Of a stretch of DNA of 32,000 nucleotides, positions 17,028 through 24,664 are shown piece after piece. The stretch spans positions 1 to 32,000 of the forward strand of contig CAKUFG010000026.1 of the NCBI GenBank assembly GCA_934647235.1, in the 5' to 3' direction. The DNA comes from an uncultured Clostridia bacterium (GTDB lineage: Bacteria > Bacillota > Clostridia > Christensenellales > Aristaeellaceae). Below the pieces are notes generated by a model, which was given only the letters and a program-made list of their open reading frames with translations, made no database searches and was not told the origin of the DNA. Both the position numbers and the translations under genes were made by a program. Position 1 is the stretch's first letter. Each line of letters opens with the position of its first letter.

Positions 17028-18548
17028 ATGAAACGACTAATCGCACTATTGACCGCAGCATTGCTGCTGCTGTCCATCCCCGCTGCAATCGCTGAATCCA
17101 AGTACGACAAGCATGTCACCTATACGGGAAACACCGTTCATTCCCTGCTTGCGCCCGGTGACGATTATCATGACGCACTCTACGATTACATCAAGGATCT
17201 GTTCAATTTCGACTTCGATCTGTGGTATGTAGAATACGGCAATATCAACGAAAAATGCAACACCTGGATTAACACCGGCTCCATGCCTGACGGCTGCTTT
17301 AACCGCGGCTTTAACTACAGCACCTACCTGGAATGGATTGACCAGGGCTTGATCGCTCCCCTGCCGGATGGCTGGGAAACAGCGTATCCGAACCTGCATA
17401 AAATGGTGAGCGTATCCGGCATTCTGGATTACATTACCGTAGATGGGAAAGTATATACCATTCCCCACGCTGTGTTTGGCAATTTCAATAAGGCCGAGCA
17501 CTTTACCAGCCATCGCTCCATTTATTATCGTAAGGACTGGCTGAAAGAACTGGGCATGGAAGATTTCGGTTCCTCCGTCACCTTCGATCAGTTGGGCGAA
17601 TACATCCGCCTTGCCAAGGAAAAGGATCTGGCTGGCAATGGCAACACCCGCGGTCTGATCGGCTCTCAGAGCGAAATCGTAGAGGTTTTTGCTTATCAAA
17701 CGGGCCGTCGCTACAGCAGCTTTGAGCGTACTGATCACGGCTACGAATGGGGCGCTTTCGCTCCCGGCTTGACCGATATTATCGCCATCCTGCGCGACTG
17801 GTATCAGACTGGCCTGATTGACTCCGACTTCTACCTCACCAGCAAGCAGGATGGCTTTGCGCTGTTTAACACTGGCCTGACGGCGGCCTGCTACTACGAT
17901 GGCTCCGTAGAGCAGATTATGAACAGTTGGAAAGCCTTTGAAGCTGCGAACCCTGGCAAGATTGGCAAGGAATGCATTGGCGCAACCGTACTGGCTGGCA
18001 ACGATGGCATCCCGCATCGTCCCGAAACCACGAACTACTGGACCGTTACCTACTTCAATCCTGAAATTAACGCGGACGTTTTCGATCGCATTCTGGCTGT
18101 AATGGACTGGCTGTGCGATCCTACCTCCGGCCAGATTATCAGCCGCATGGGTCTTGAAAACGTTGACTGGAAATGGGTTGGAGAGAACAAGATCGAGCGC
18201 TTGACCGATACTAACTACATTTCTTCTTATCTGTACGGCATGTACGGCTATTGCACCGATGACGTGGGCCTCATTCGCCCCGACTATGATCCGGATGCCA
18301 CCGCCATGGTACTGGCCAACTATGCTGCCAGCGAGCCGGGCATGATCCCCAACAACTTCGACTATTCTTTCTTCAGCAGTGAAAGCAAGGCAAACTATTC
18401 TGTCAGCTTTTCCGAACCGATCGTCAACCTGATGGTAAACGCCACGCTGGATATCCCCACTGAATGGCAGAAGTTCATCGATACCAATGAAGCCATGTGG
18501 AAGCCCGTTGTGGAAGACCTGAACGCCTATTACAACATTCAGCCGTAA
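17028..18548 (+). CDS. large extracellular solute-binding protein (LplA-like, family 1 SBP)
   Basis: 506 aa with AAGGAGA before the ATG. The signal peptide is MKRLIALLTAALLLLSIPAAIA-ES. Size and position next to the two permeases fit an SBP. There is no Cys in the first 70 residues. Confidence 0.8.
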   Translation: MKRLIALLTAALLLLSIPAAIAESKYDKHVTYTGNTVHSLLAPGDDYHDALYDYIKDLFNFDFDLWYVEYGNINEKCNTWINTGSMPDGCFNRGFNYSTYLEWIDQGLIAPLPDGWETAYPNLHKMVSVSGILDYITVDGKVYTIPHAVFGNFNKAEHFTSHRSIYYRKDWLKELGMEDFGSSVTFDQLGEYIRLAKEKDLAGNGNTRGLIGSQSEIVEVFAYQTGRRYSSFERTDHGYEWGAFAPGLTDIIAILRDWYQTGLIDSDFYLTSKQDGFALFNTGLTAACYYDGSVEQIMNSWKAFEAANPGKIGKECIGATVLAGNDGIPHRPETTNYWTVTYFNPEINADVFDRILAVMDWLCDPTSGQIISRMGLENVDWKWVGENKIERLTDTNYISSYLYGMYGYCTDDVGLIRPDYDPDATAMVLANYAASEPGMIPNNFDYSFFSSESKANYSVSFSEPIVNLMVNATLDIPTEWQKFIDTNEAMWKPVVEDLNAYYNIQP

Positions 18549-18562
18549 CAACTTAAACAACA

Positions 18563-18620
18563 AGGCCGTGCCGTGGTTCGCCCACGACACGGCCTGTTTT
18601 ATTTTTCCTTTTTCGCAAAC
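18563..18620 (+). terminator. rho-independent terminator of the ABC cassette
   Basis: 14-bp stem AGGCCGTGCCGTGG/CCACGACACGGCCT with one mismatch and loop TTCGC, followed by GTTTTATTTTTCCTTTTT. Confidence 0.8.
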
Positions 18621-18690
18621 AATCGCACAAGTCCGCGCAGCACACGGGGCAGCTTTACGCACACAATCCGAACCGCCATGGGCATCCCTC

Positions 18691-18876
18691 CTATTTGCGA
18701 AGCAGCAGCAGCCCCACGATCATCAGCGCCGCGCCGATCAGCGACAGCCACGCCCACAACGGCACGCACAGGATAATCAGAATTACGCCCGCCGCAATCA
18801 GCACAATACCGATGATGCGGGTGATCTTTCCGCCTTTGGATGGATACTTGGCAATGCGCACCGGCTCGCAGGGCAT
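18691..18876 (-). CDS. small (61 aa) two-TM membrane protein
   Basis: AAGGAGGTG lies 6 nt before the internal ATG at 18876. Two hydrophobic helices follow (IIGIVLIAAGVILIILCV, WLSLIGAALMIVGLLLL). It sits directly downstream of tatD. Confidence 0.5.
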   Translation of the reverse strand: MPCEPVRIAKYPSKGGKITRIIGIVLIAAGVILIILCVPLWAWLSLIGAALMIVGLLLLRK

Positions 18877-18921
18877 ACGCGCCACCTCCTTGTGCTCCAT
18901 CCTATGCGGCTAAGGTGGCTG

Positions 18922-19701
18922 TTATGCCGGGATGCGATACAGGCGCATCGCGTTCTGCGTGGTAATCTGCGCCAGCTCTTCCGCGCTTACGCCGTGTACC
19001 TCAGCCTGCTTTTCCAGCACATAGCGCACATAGGCAGGCTCGTTACGCTGGCCGCGCAGGGGCACTGGGGTCAGATAGGGGCTGTCCGTTTCAATCAGCA
19101 GCCGCTCCAGCGGCACAGCCTGCGATGCGGAGACAACCGAGGCGGCTTTTTTGAAGGTGATCGGCCCGGCAAAGGAAATGTAAAAGCCCATTTTTACATA
19201 CTCGCGCACCAGCTCGGCGCTGGCGGAGCAGCAGTGAATCACGCCCTGCGGCAGCCGGTCCGCCCGCGCGCGCAGCATATCATAGGCGTCTCCGTGCGCA
19301 TCGCGGATGTGCAGAATAACCGGCACATCCAACTGCCAGGCAAGCTCCAGCTGCTCGGAGAATATCTGTTTCTGGATATCCCTGGGAGAAAAATCATAGT
19401 AGTAATCCAGCCCGATTTCCCCCAGCGCCACGCATTTGGGCTGGGCAAGCAGGGCCTTAAGCTGCTCCAGATAATCCGCCGGCGCATCCTTGGCCTCGTG
19501 CGGATGCACGCCCGCCGCAGCGTAGATAAAATCATATTGCTGCGCCAGCTCCAGGCAGCGCCGCGAGGATGGCAGATCGCTGCCCACGCAGGTGCAGCGC
19601 GTTACGCCCGCCTCGCGCATACGCGCGATGGCCTCCGCGCGATCCAAATCATATTTTTCATCATCCAGATGGCAATGGGAATCAAACAGCTGCATCATCA
19701 T
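18922..19701 (-). CDS. tatD: TatD-family metal-dependent hydrolase/DNase
   Basis: N-terminal FDSHCHLDD, then GEIGLDYYY and HCCSAS motifs. The start overlaps the ppa stop (TAATG). Confidence 0.9.
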   Translation of the reverse strand: MMMQLFDSHCHLDDEKYDLDRAEAIARMREAGVTRCTCVGSDLPSSRRCLELAQQYDFIYAAAGVHPHEAKDAPADYLEQLKALLAQPKCVALGEIGLDYYYDFSPRDIQKQIFSEQLELAWQLDVPVILHIRDAHGDAYDMLRARADRLPQGVIHCCSASAELVREYVKMGFYISFAGPITFKKAASVVSASQAVPLERLLIETDSPYLTPVPLRGQRNEPAYVRYVLEKQAEVHGVSAEELAQITTQNAMRLYRIPA

Positions 19702-20267
19702 TAACCTTCGTTTTGCTTGGCAGTATCCGGAAATTTACGGTTGTACGCCGCAATACAATTCCGGATCACGCTGATCGCCTCTTCACGCCCGCACATCTCG
19801 GTCACCTTGGTCTTTTTGTTTTCCAGCATCTTATAGACCTCAAAGAAATGCGAGAATTCGTCCAGCTGGTGATGGGGCAGGCCGGAAATGTCACGATAGC
19901 AATTCATGGAAGGATCGCGAAGCGGCAGGGCGATGATCTTTTCATCTGCCGATTCGCCATCCACCATGCGGATCATACCGATGGGATAGCAGCGCACCAG
20001 CGTCAGCGGCAGGATGCTCTCCTGGCACAGCACCAGCACGTCCAGCGGGTCGCCATCCCCCGCATAGGTGCGCGGAATAAAGCCGTAGTTGGCCGGATAG
20101 TGCGTGGCCGTGTACAGCACGCGATCCAGGATCAGCATGCCTGTTTCCTTATCCAGCTCATATTTATTTTTGCCGCCTTTGGAAATTTCAATGCAGGCAA
20201 TAAAATCCTCCGGCGTAATGCGCTCCGCCGATATATCGTGCCAGATGTTCACTGTGCTTCCCTCCAT
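19701..20267 (-). CDS. ppa: family I inorganic pyrophosphatase
   Basis: CIEISKGGKNKYELD, YPANYGFIPRT and DGDPLDVLVL motifs. Start taken at MEGSTV (ATG 20267). Confidence 0.9.
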   Translation of the reverse strand: MEGSTVNIWHDISAERITPEDFIACIEISKGGKNKYELDKETGMLILDRVLYTATHYPANYGFIPRTYAGDGDPLDVLVLCQESILPLTLVRCYPIGMIRMVDGESADEKIIALPLRDPSMNCYRDISGLPHHQLDEFSHFFEVYKMLENKKTKVTEMCGREEAISVIRNCIAAYNRKFPDTAKQNEG

Positions 20268-20351
20268 CCGATTCAGCCGGCCTTGCCGCCAGCCCAATTA
20301 CACACATAGTATACCATAAATGCGGCAAATTGAAAACCGCCGAATCCATAG

Positions 20352-20382
20352 AAAAAGACGCTTTTCCTATCAGCGTCTTTTT
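20352..20382. terminator. bidirectional rho-independent terminator at the right-hand end of the exported-protein island
   Basis: AAAAAGACGCT-TTTCCTATC-AGCGTCTTTTT. The A-tract and T-tract flank a GC core, so it works on both strands. Confidence 0.7.
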
Positions 20383-20463
20383 CGCATTTGAATTCACAAT
20401 TCTATGTGCGACTTTATTGTCAGCGGAGTCAACCGCCTTTTGTTATTCACTAAAGACACAAGC

Positions 20464-21591
20464 TTATATCAGTGGATATGAATTCCAAAAAACTTCTGCG
20501 TTTGTCATATCATCCTCGCAGATCACTTTTCCATCCGTATTTAGCCAATAGCCCTCATCATTAATGGAGACCCAAATAGCATTCGGCAGAATGTGGGATA
20601 CATAGAAATAACTGCGGTTTGTAATCATATCTCCGTTTTTCTTGATCAAATACCAACTGTCAAATGAGTTGACCGCCGCTATTCCATTGATAAACGGTTT
20701 TCCCCAGTGAATAGGCGCAAATTCCGATGGATAGTTCTCACGATTGTCGAATATAGACAAAACTCTCTTTCCATCCTTATTCCAATACTCGCCTTTTCTT
20801 AGCCCATCCTCATAAATGAACACCAAGCCATCCGAATAGTCACTGTTAAAGGATGATATTGAAGGAAATGACATAACCGTTTCTCCGTTTGCATCGATGT
20901 ACTCCGTACTGTATTCTCCGTTCGACTTATCCCTTACTGCTACGCGAGCAAGACCATCACTAAAAGGATACGCGGCGATATATGTTTTGTCTTTATTTTC
21001 AATGGCTATTTGATTATAAATATCTATATAATAGTATGGGCCATCCTTATAATCTTGCACTGCCGCCAATCCTTCGGAAAAAGGCGATGCATCTGTATAA
21101 CGGCATGGAATAATCAGCGCGCCTTTGCGGTTTATATATCCATTTTCCTCCCCCTTGCCGACACGTGCAAAGCCGTTGGAAAATGGCGATCCAGGCTGCT
21201 TCCATTTAGGCTCGCAAATCATTGTGCCGTCTACCGCAACATACCCAACTTTTCCATCTTTATATACCATTCCACTTGCACATTCATCATCATAATCAAA
21301 TGAAAATGCATAATCCCATTGTGCTTCCGAGATAATTTCGCCTTCCTTGTTGACGTATCCCCACTTGGAGCCAATCCGAAATGCGGCAATCCCATTTTCT
21401 GAAAAAGGCTTAATCGCATCGTAAATTGGTTCAATAATTATTTGCTCATTTCGATCGATAAGACCAATCCTCTTTCTATCCGTTTGAAAACACGCAACAT
21501 CTCCCTGCCAGGCCCAAACCCTATCTGCTTTTGCGCCAATCGCTGCCAGCATTATTGCCACTAGCACTATTGCCCTGATGGTTTTTTTCAT
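20464..21591 (-). CDS. secreted WG-repeat (KWG-type) protein
   Basis: Signal peptide MKKTIRAIVLVAIMLAAIGAKA. About 8-9 repeats of the type F-S-[ED]-G-[LI]-A-x-V...-G-Y-[IV]-[ND]-x-x-G. AAGGGTGGA precedes the ATG. Sampled GC is about 37%. Confidence 0.8.
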   Translation of the reverse strand: MKKTIRAIVLVAIMLAAIGAKADRVWAWQGDVACFQTDRKRIGLIDRNEQIIIEPIYDAIKPFSENGIAAFRIGSKWGYVNKEGEIISEAQWDYAFSFDYDDECASGMVYKDGKVGYVAVDGTMICEPKWKQPGSPFSNGFARVGKGEENGYINRKGALIIPCRYTDASPFSEGLAAVQDYKDGPYYYIDIYNQIAIENKDKTYIAAYPFSDGLARVAVRDKSNGEYSTEYIDANGETVMSFPSISSFNSDYSDGLVFIYEDGLRKGEYWNKDGKRVLSIFDNRENYPSEFAPIHWGKPFINGIAAVNSFDSWYLIKKNGDMITNRSYFYVSHILPNAIWVSINDEGYWLNTDGKVICEDDMTNAEVFWNSYPLI

Positions 21592-21620
21592 TTATTATCC
21601 ACCCTTTTCATTTCTGTTAT

Positions 21621-22796
21621 TTAGAAGATTCCTAAAAACTTCGGAATCTTGGGAATCATCTCATACTGCGTATCTCCACAGCCCTCGCAATGACGGCGAC
21701 GTTCGCCCTCATGCTGCTTGGTCGCTTCAGTCAAGATTTCCCATTCAGTATATCGATGTCCCAACGCAGGCTGTATTTCATTTTCCAGTACCACTCCGCA
21801 AACAATGCAGCTTTTCTCCCGAAGACCAGATTGCAGGCATGCCGCTTCACGGACGGTTTTCCACTCGCCGCTCTGATGCCCCCTTGCCGGGATGATTTCG
21901 TTCTGCAGCACTTTTCCGCAAGTCTCGCATTTTTCTTCCCGCAGCCCATCCGCAGTACAGGTTGCTTTTAAGGTCTCAACCCATTTGCCGCGATGACCGG
22001 TAATTGGCAATTCCTCAGATGAAAGCACTTTATGGCATGCTGTACACTGCGTCACACGAAGCCCGGCGGTCAGGCAGGTAGCTTCTCGCGCGATCATCGC
22101 TTCTCCAGTGCGATGTCCTGCCGGCGGAATACTTTCCACCGCCAGTTCTTTGCCACATCTGCTGCAATACTGCACAGAGCGTCCGGACTGCTCGCAGTCA
22201 ACAGCCGGCTCGCTTTTCCATTCGCCAGGCTGATGTCCTAAGGCGGGAATATCCGTATACTCGCATGGCTGATTGCAGAGCGTGCAGTAGGCGGCCAGCT
22301 TGCCCGGCTCCGTGCAGGCAGGCGCCTTCGTCTCCTTTTGCAGCATGCCGGCATCATGATGCTTGCTGCTGCAAAGGGAGAACTGATATTCCGTCTGCCA
22401 CGAATGGCCAAAGCACAGATAAACTGTTTCACCTCGCAGCACCTCAAAGGAACTGATCGAAAAAGTATCTGGCAATACATTAATCTTTTTCAGGTCGCCT
22501 TGCTCGACATTGCTTTTATAGCAATCAAAGCCATCCACCACTGTGTAATACATACTGCTTCTGCCTGTACATTCTACCGCAAGGAACCAGGTATCGTCTT
22601 CATCACACTCAAACTTATACCATATACCATCGTACTTGCCGTCTATAATATACCGTTTGGCCATATTCGCTTCCGTCAGCAAACCAGCCTTTCCGCGGTT
22701 TCTGCCATATGCCGGTGCTCTTTCCGCACCCAGCGCAGCTGCAGGCAATAGCGTAAGAATTATCAAGCAAAAGATGCAGAGTATCCGCTTTTTCAT
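21621..22796 (-). CDS. secreted protein: signal peptide, beta-rich N-domain, then 5.5 tandem Cys3His modules
   Basis: AAAGGTGA lies 8 nt before ATG 22796 (the ORF track starts at GTG 22808). Signal peptide MKKRILCIFCLIILTLLPAAALGA. See the repeat feature below. Confidence 0.75.
   Translation of the reverse strand: MKKRILCIFCLIILTLLPAAALGAERAPAYGRNRGKAGLLTEANMAKRYIIDGKYDGIWYKFECDEDDTWFLAVECTGRSSMYYTVVDGFDCYKSNVEQGDLKKINVLPDTFSISSFEVLRGETVYLCFGHSWQTEYQFSLCSSKHHDAGMLQKETKAPACTEPGKLAAYCTLCNQPCEYTDIPALGHQPGEWKSEPAVDCEQSGRSVQYCSRCGKELAVESIPPAGHRTGEAMIAREATCLTAGLRVTQCTACHKVLSSEELPITGHRGKWVETLKATCTADGLREEKCETCGKVLQNEIIPARGHQSGEWKTVREAACLQSGLREKSCIVCGVVLENEIQPALGHRYTEWEILTEATKQHEGERRRHCEGCGDTQYEMIPKIPKFLGIF
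21645..22316 (-). repeat. in-frame tandem repeat, period 39-40 codons, 5 full copies plus one degenerate copy
   Basis: Each unit reads C-x3-G-x5-C-x2-C-x9-P-x2-G-H. First Cys residues are at 165, 205, 245, 284 and 324, numbered from GVG 22808 as GTG 22808. The last unit lacks the first Cys. Confidence 0.75.
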
Positions 22797-22835
22797 TGTT
22801 GATATCACCTTTCCATATGTATATATTTCGATATT

Positions 22836-22899
22836 ATTGTATCATTTCTCTTTGCTGCTGTAAAACCGTTTATGTCAAAAACGTAACCGTTCATGTCAA
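22836..22899 (-). promoter_or_regulatory. promoter A: two 21-nt-phased 13-nt direct repeats, then -35 TTTACA, a 17-nt spacer and extended -10 TGATACAAT
   Basis: On the minus strand TTGACATGAACGG (22899-22887) and TTGACATAAACGG (22878-22866). TTTACA is at 22864-22859 and TGATACAAT at 22844-22836. The layout is the same as at 24586-24649. Confidence 0.5.
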
Positions 22900-22920
22900 T
22901 CAAATAAACTTTATGCCAAT

Positions 22921-22943
22921 AGCGCCCCGCAGAACGGGGCGCT
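22921..22943 (-). terminator. hairpin terminator after the DUF4234 gene
   Basis: AGCGCCCCG-TTCTG-CGGGGCGCT 9-bp GC stem. The downstream tract is only moderately U-rich (AUUGGCAUAAAGUUUAUUUG). Confidence 0.5.
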
Positions 22944-22973
22944 TCAAGCTTTCGCTGCAAGCGCTGTTTGGTT

Positions 22974-23420
22974 TCAGCCTTCGCGGTTATAGTTGCTCGC
23001 CAGGGTATTCATCGCGTCGGCTACCTTGTGCACGTAAATCATCGGGCCAATGCCAAGCAGCAGGATGCCCAGCACTGACCAGCCCCAGAAGGTCTTGCCG
23101 GATATCATGCGGTCCATGCCGCGGCGCTCCAGCTCATCCCCGATGCGGTTGCACAGCTTATGGTTCCACACAAAATAGGCGATGCCCAACGTCAGCGGAT
23201 CAATGATAAAGAAGAGCAGGCAGTAGTGCATTGTCTTTTTGCCGTCATAGCGGGCAGCAATCACATTGATATCATTGGAGATGCTGGACCAATACACAAA
23301 GTGATAAATGCCCAGGGTGATCAGGGACAGAAAGAAGTAGCGCCAGAAGCCGCGATCCGTTTTCAGCTGTCCTACCGGCGACGGGTTGGGAGTACGAACG
23401 AAGGTGCTCTGTTCAGCCAT
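22974..23420 (-). CDS. DUF4234 domain-containing membrane protein
   Basis: 148 aa. FFLSLITLGIYHFVYW and LTLGIAYFVWNHKL match the DUF4234 repeat pattern (from memory). GAGGAAG precedes the ATG. Confidence 0.75.
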   Translation of the reverse strand: MAEQSTFVRTPNPSPVGQLKTDRGFWRYFFLSLITLGIYHFVYWSSISNDINVIAARYDGKKTMHYCLLFFIIDPLTLGIAYFVWNHKLCNRIGDELERRGMDRMISGKTFWGWSVLGILLLGIGPMIYVHKVADAMNTLASNYNREG

Positions 23421-23452
23421 CTGATTTCTTCCTCACTTTAATCTTTGATATG

Positions 23453-23481
23453 GGAAAACGCCTGCGCTGCAGGCGTTTTCC
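23453..23481. terminator. 13-bp perfect hairpin between the 323-aa gene and the DUF4234 gene (intra-operon attenuator or terminator)
   Basis: GGAAAACGCCTGC-GCT-GCAGGCGTTTTCC. The A- and T-tracts are part of the stem arms, giving bidirectional terminator geometry. Confidence 0.5.
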
Positions 23482-23496
23482 ACAATTAAGGAGCGC

Positions 23497-24468
23497 TTAT
23501 TCCGCCAGGGTCTTGCCAATATGCTGCAGCATGCTTTCGATCGGCTCACGCCATTCCGCGCGATAGGGGCGGAAAACAGTAACGAATTCGTCGGTATGCA
23601 TGGCCTTATTGCACATATACAGCAGCACGTCGGTATCGCCGCCCAGGTCGTTGGCGATGCTGTATTCCACATCGTATTCCATGCGATTCTCAATTTTTTC
23701 GGGCTCCACGGTGGTTACGCTGTCATAATCCGCAAAGAAGGTGAAGTAGGTGTAATCCTTCTCTTCCGTTACATTGGGGATGTTGTACTGATAATGCACC
23801 TTCACCTTATCGCCTTCAACAGCAACGCTGACCGTGCCGACCACATAATGATCGCCAGAGATCATATCAAACATCTGAATGCCATCCTGGCTCAGATCAA
23901 CGGGGGTGAAGCGGAACCACTTGTCGGTCAGCTCAGGCGTGATATCGCAGAAGCGAGGGCCCAGCGAGCGGATGTTGTTCAGCTGATAGCGATAGCGGCG
24001 GACGGGCATGGGATCGCCGTTTTCGTCAAGTACAATTTTAATCTCATTGGACAGCTTGCCGCCCTTTTCCAGAAGCATATAATTGCCTTCCTTGACATAT
24101 TTCCACGTATAGTCAAAGGCAACACTCTCAAAATCTTCGCCAAGCAGCAAAACCAGATAATCGATCTTTTTCCCTGGATTCTGCTTCATCAATGCGTTAG
24201 ACTTAGGATTTCCGGGGTATTGAGCCCACAGAGTTTCGCTGCTAGCATGTTTGCCAGAATTGTCATACTGATAAGTTCCGTCCAGATCTTTCCATACGCT
24301 CATCCAGCGATAAGTAGAGCCATTGTACGTGATTTTGAAAACCGGTACCTGCTTTCCATAATATACCTTTTTGGGCAGATCCCCACTGATGGTCGGCGCG
24401 GCGGCGAGGGCGGCGGTGCTGCACAGCAGCAGTACCAGTACGGACAGGATACTCACGATGCGTTTCAT
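23497..24468 (-). CDS. orphan secreted protein (323 aa), no family recognised
   Basis: GAGGAGG lies 9 nt before ATG 24468. Signal peptide MKRIVSILSVLVLLLCSTAALAAAP. Beta-rich, aromatic-rich mature part. Confidence 0.7.
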   Translation of the reverse strand: MKRIVSILSVLVLLLCSTAALAAAPTISGDLPKKVYYGKQVPVFKITYNGSTYRWMSVWKDLDGTYQYDNSGKHASSETLWAQYPGNPKSNALMKQNPGKKIDYLVLLLGEDFESVAFDYTWKYVKEGNYMLLEKGGKLSNEIKIVLDENGDPMPVRRYRYQLNNIRSLGPRFCDITPELTDKWFRFTPVDLSQDGIQMFDMISGDHYVVGTVSVAVEGDKVKVHYQYNIPNVTEEKDYTYFTFFADYDSVTTVEPEKIENRMEYDVEYSIANDLGGDTDVLLYMCNKAMHTDEFVTVFRPYRAEWREPIESMLQHIGKTLAE

Positions 24469-24585
24469 TTGGATTTCCTCCTCGTTTTTTGTTTTTATCA
24501 CAGCCTGTCAGGCTGTCATAAACGATTATCAGGATGCGCGCACCGTATATTCAATCAGCGTGCGGCTTCCTTTCAGTGCAAAGCT

Positions 24586-24649
24586 ATGATATCATTTTTT
24601 CCTGATAACGCAAAACCGTTCGTACCGCAAAACATGCCGTTCATACCAA
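24586..24649 (-). promoter_or_regulatory. promoter B: same repeat/-35/-10 architecture as promoter A
   Basis: On the minus strand TTGGTATGAACGG (24649-24637) and GCGGTACGAACGG (24628-24616), TTTGCG at 24614-24609 and TGATATCAT at 24594-24586. All spacings are identical to promoter A. Confidence 0.5.
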
Positions 24650-24664
24650 GACTGAAAATTTTTT

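Noticed and set aside
17046-18662. 538-aa ORF antisense to the solute-binding protein gene, in a region of only moderate GC.
   Set aside because: The sense ORF has a Shine-Dalgarno, a signal peptide and an operon position after the two permeases. The antisense ORF has no Shine-Dalgarno or motif, and it runs through the strong plus-strand terminator at 18563-18620. It is most likely a codon-bias artefact.
22805-22894. Small ORFs spanning the repeat elements: MNGYVFDINGFTAAKRNDTIISKYIHMER (22805-22894) and MNGMFCGTNGFALSGKNDIIALH (24573-24644). They align as MNG-x5-NGF-x5-ND-x-I and could be taken for conserved leader or signal peptides.
   Set aside because: Neither ATG has a Shine-Dalgarno, and both lie upstream of the predicted -35/-10. 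The conserved residues coincide exactly with the internally repeated DNA blocks (AACGG twice, plus the -10), and the codons between them are unrelated. This fits DNA-level rather than peptide-level conservation. The call would need revisiting if transcription starts map upstream of the repeats.
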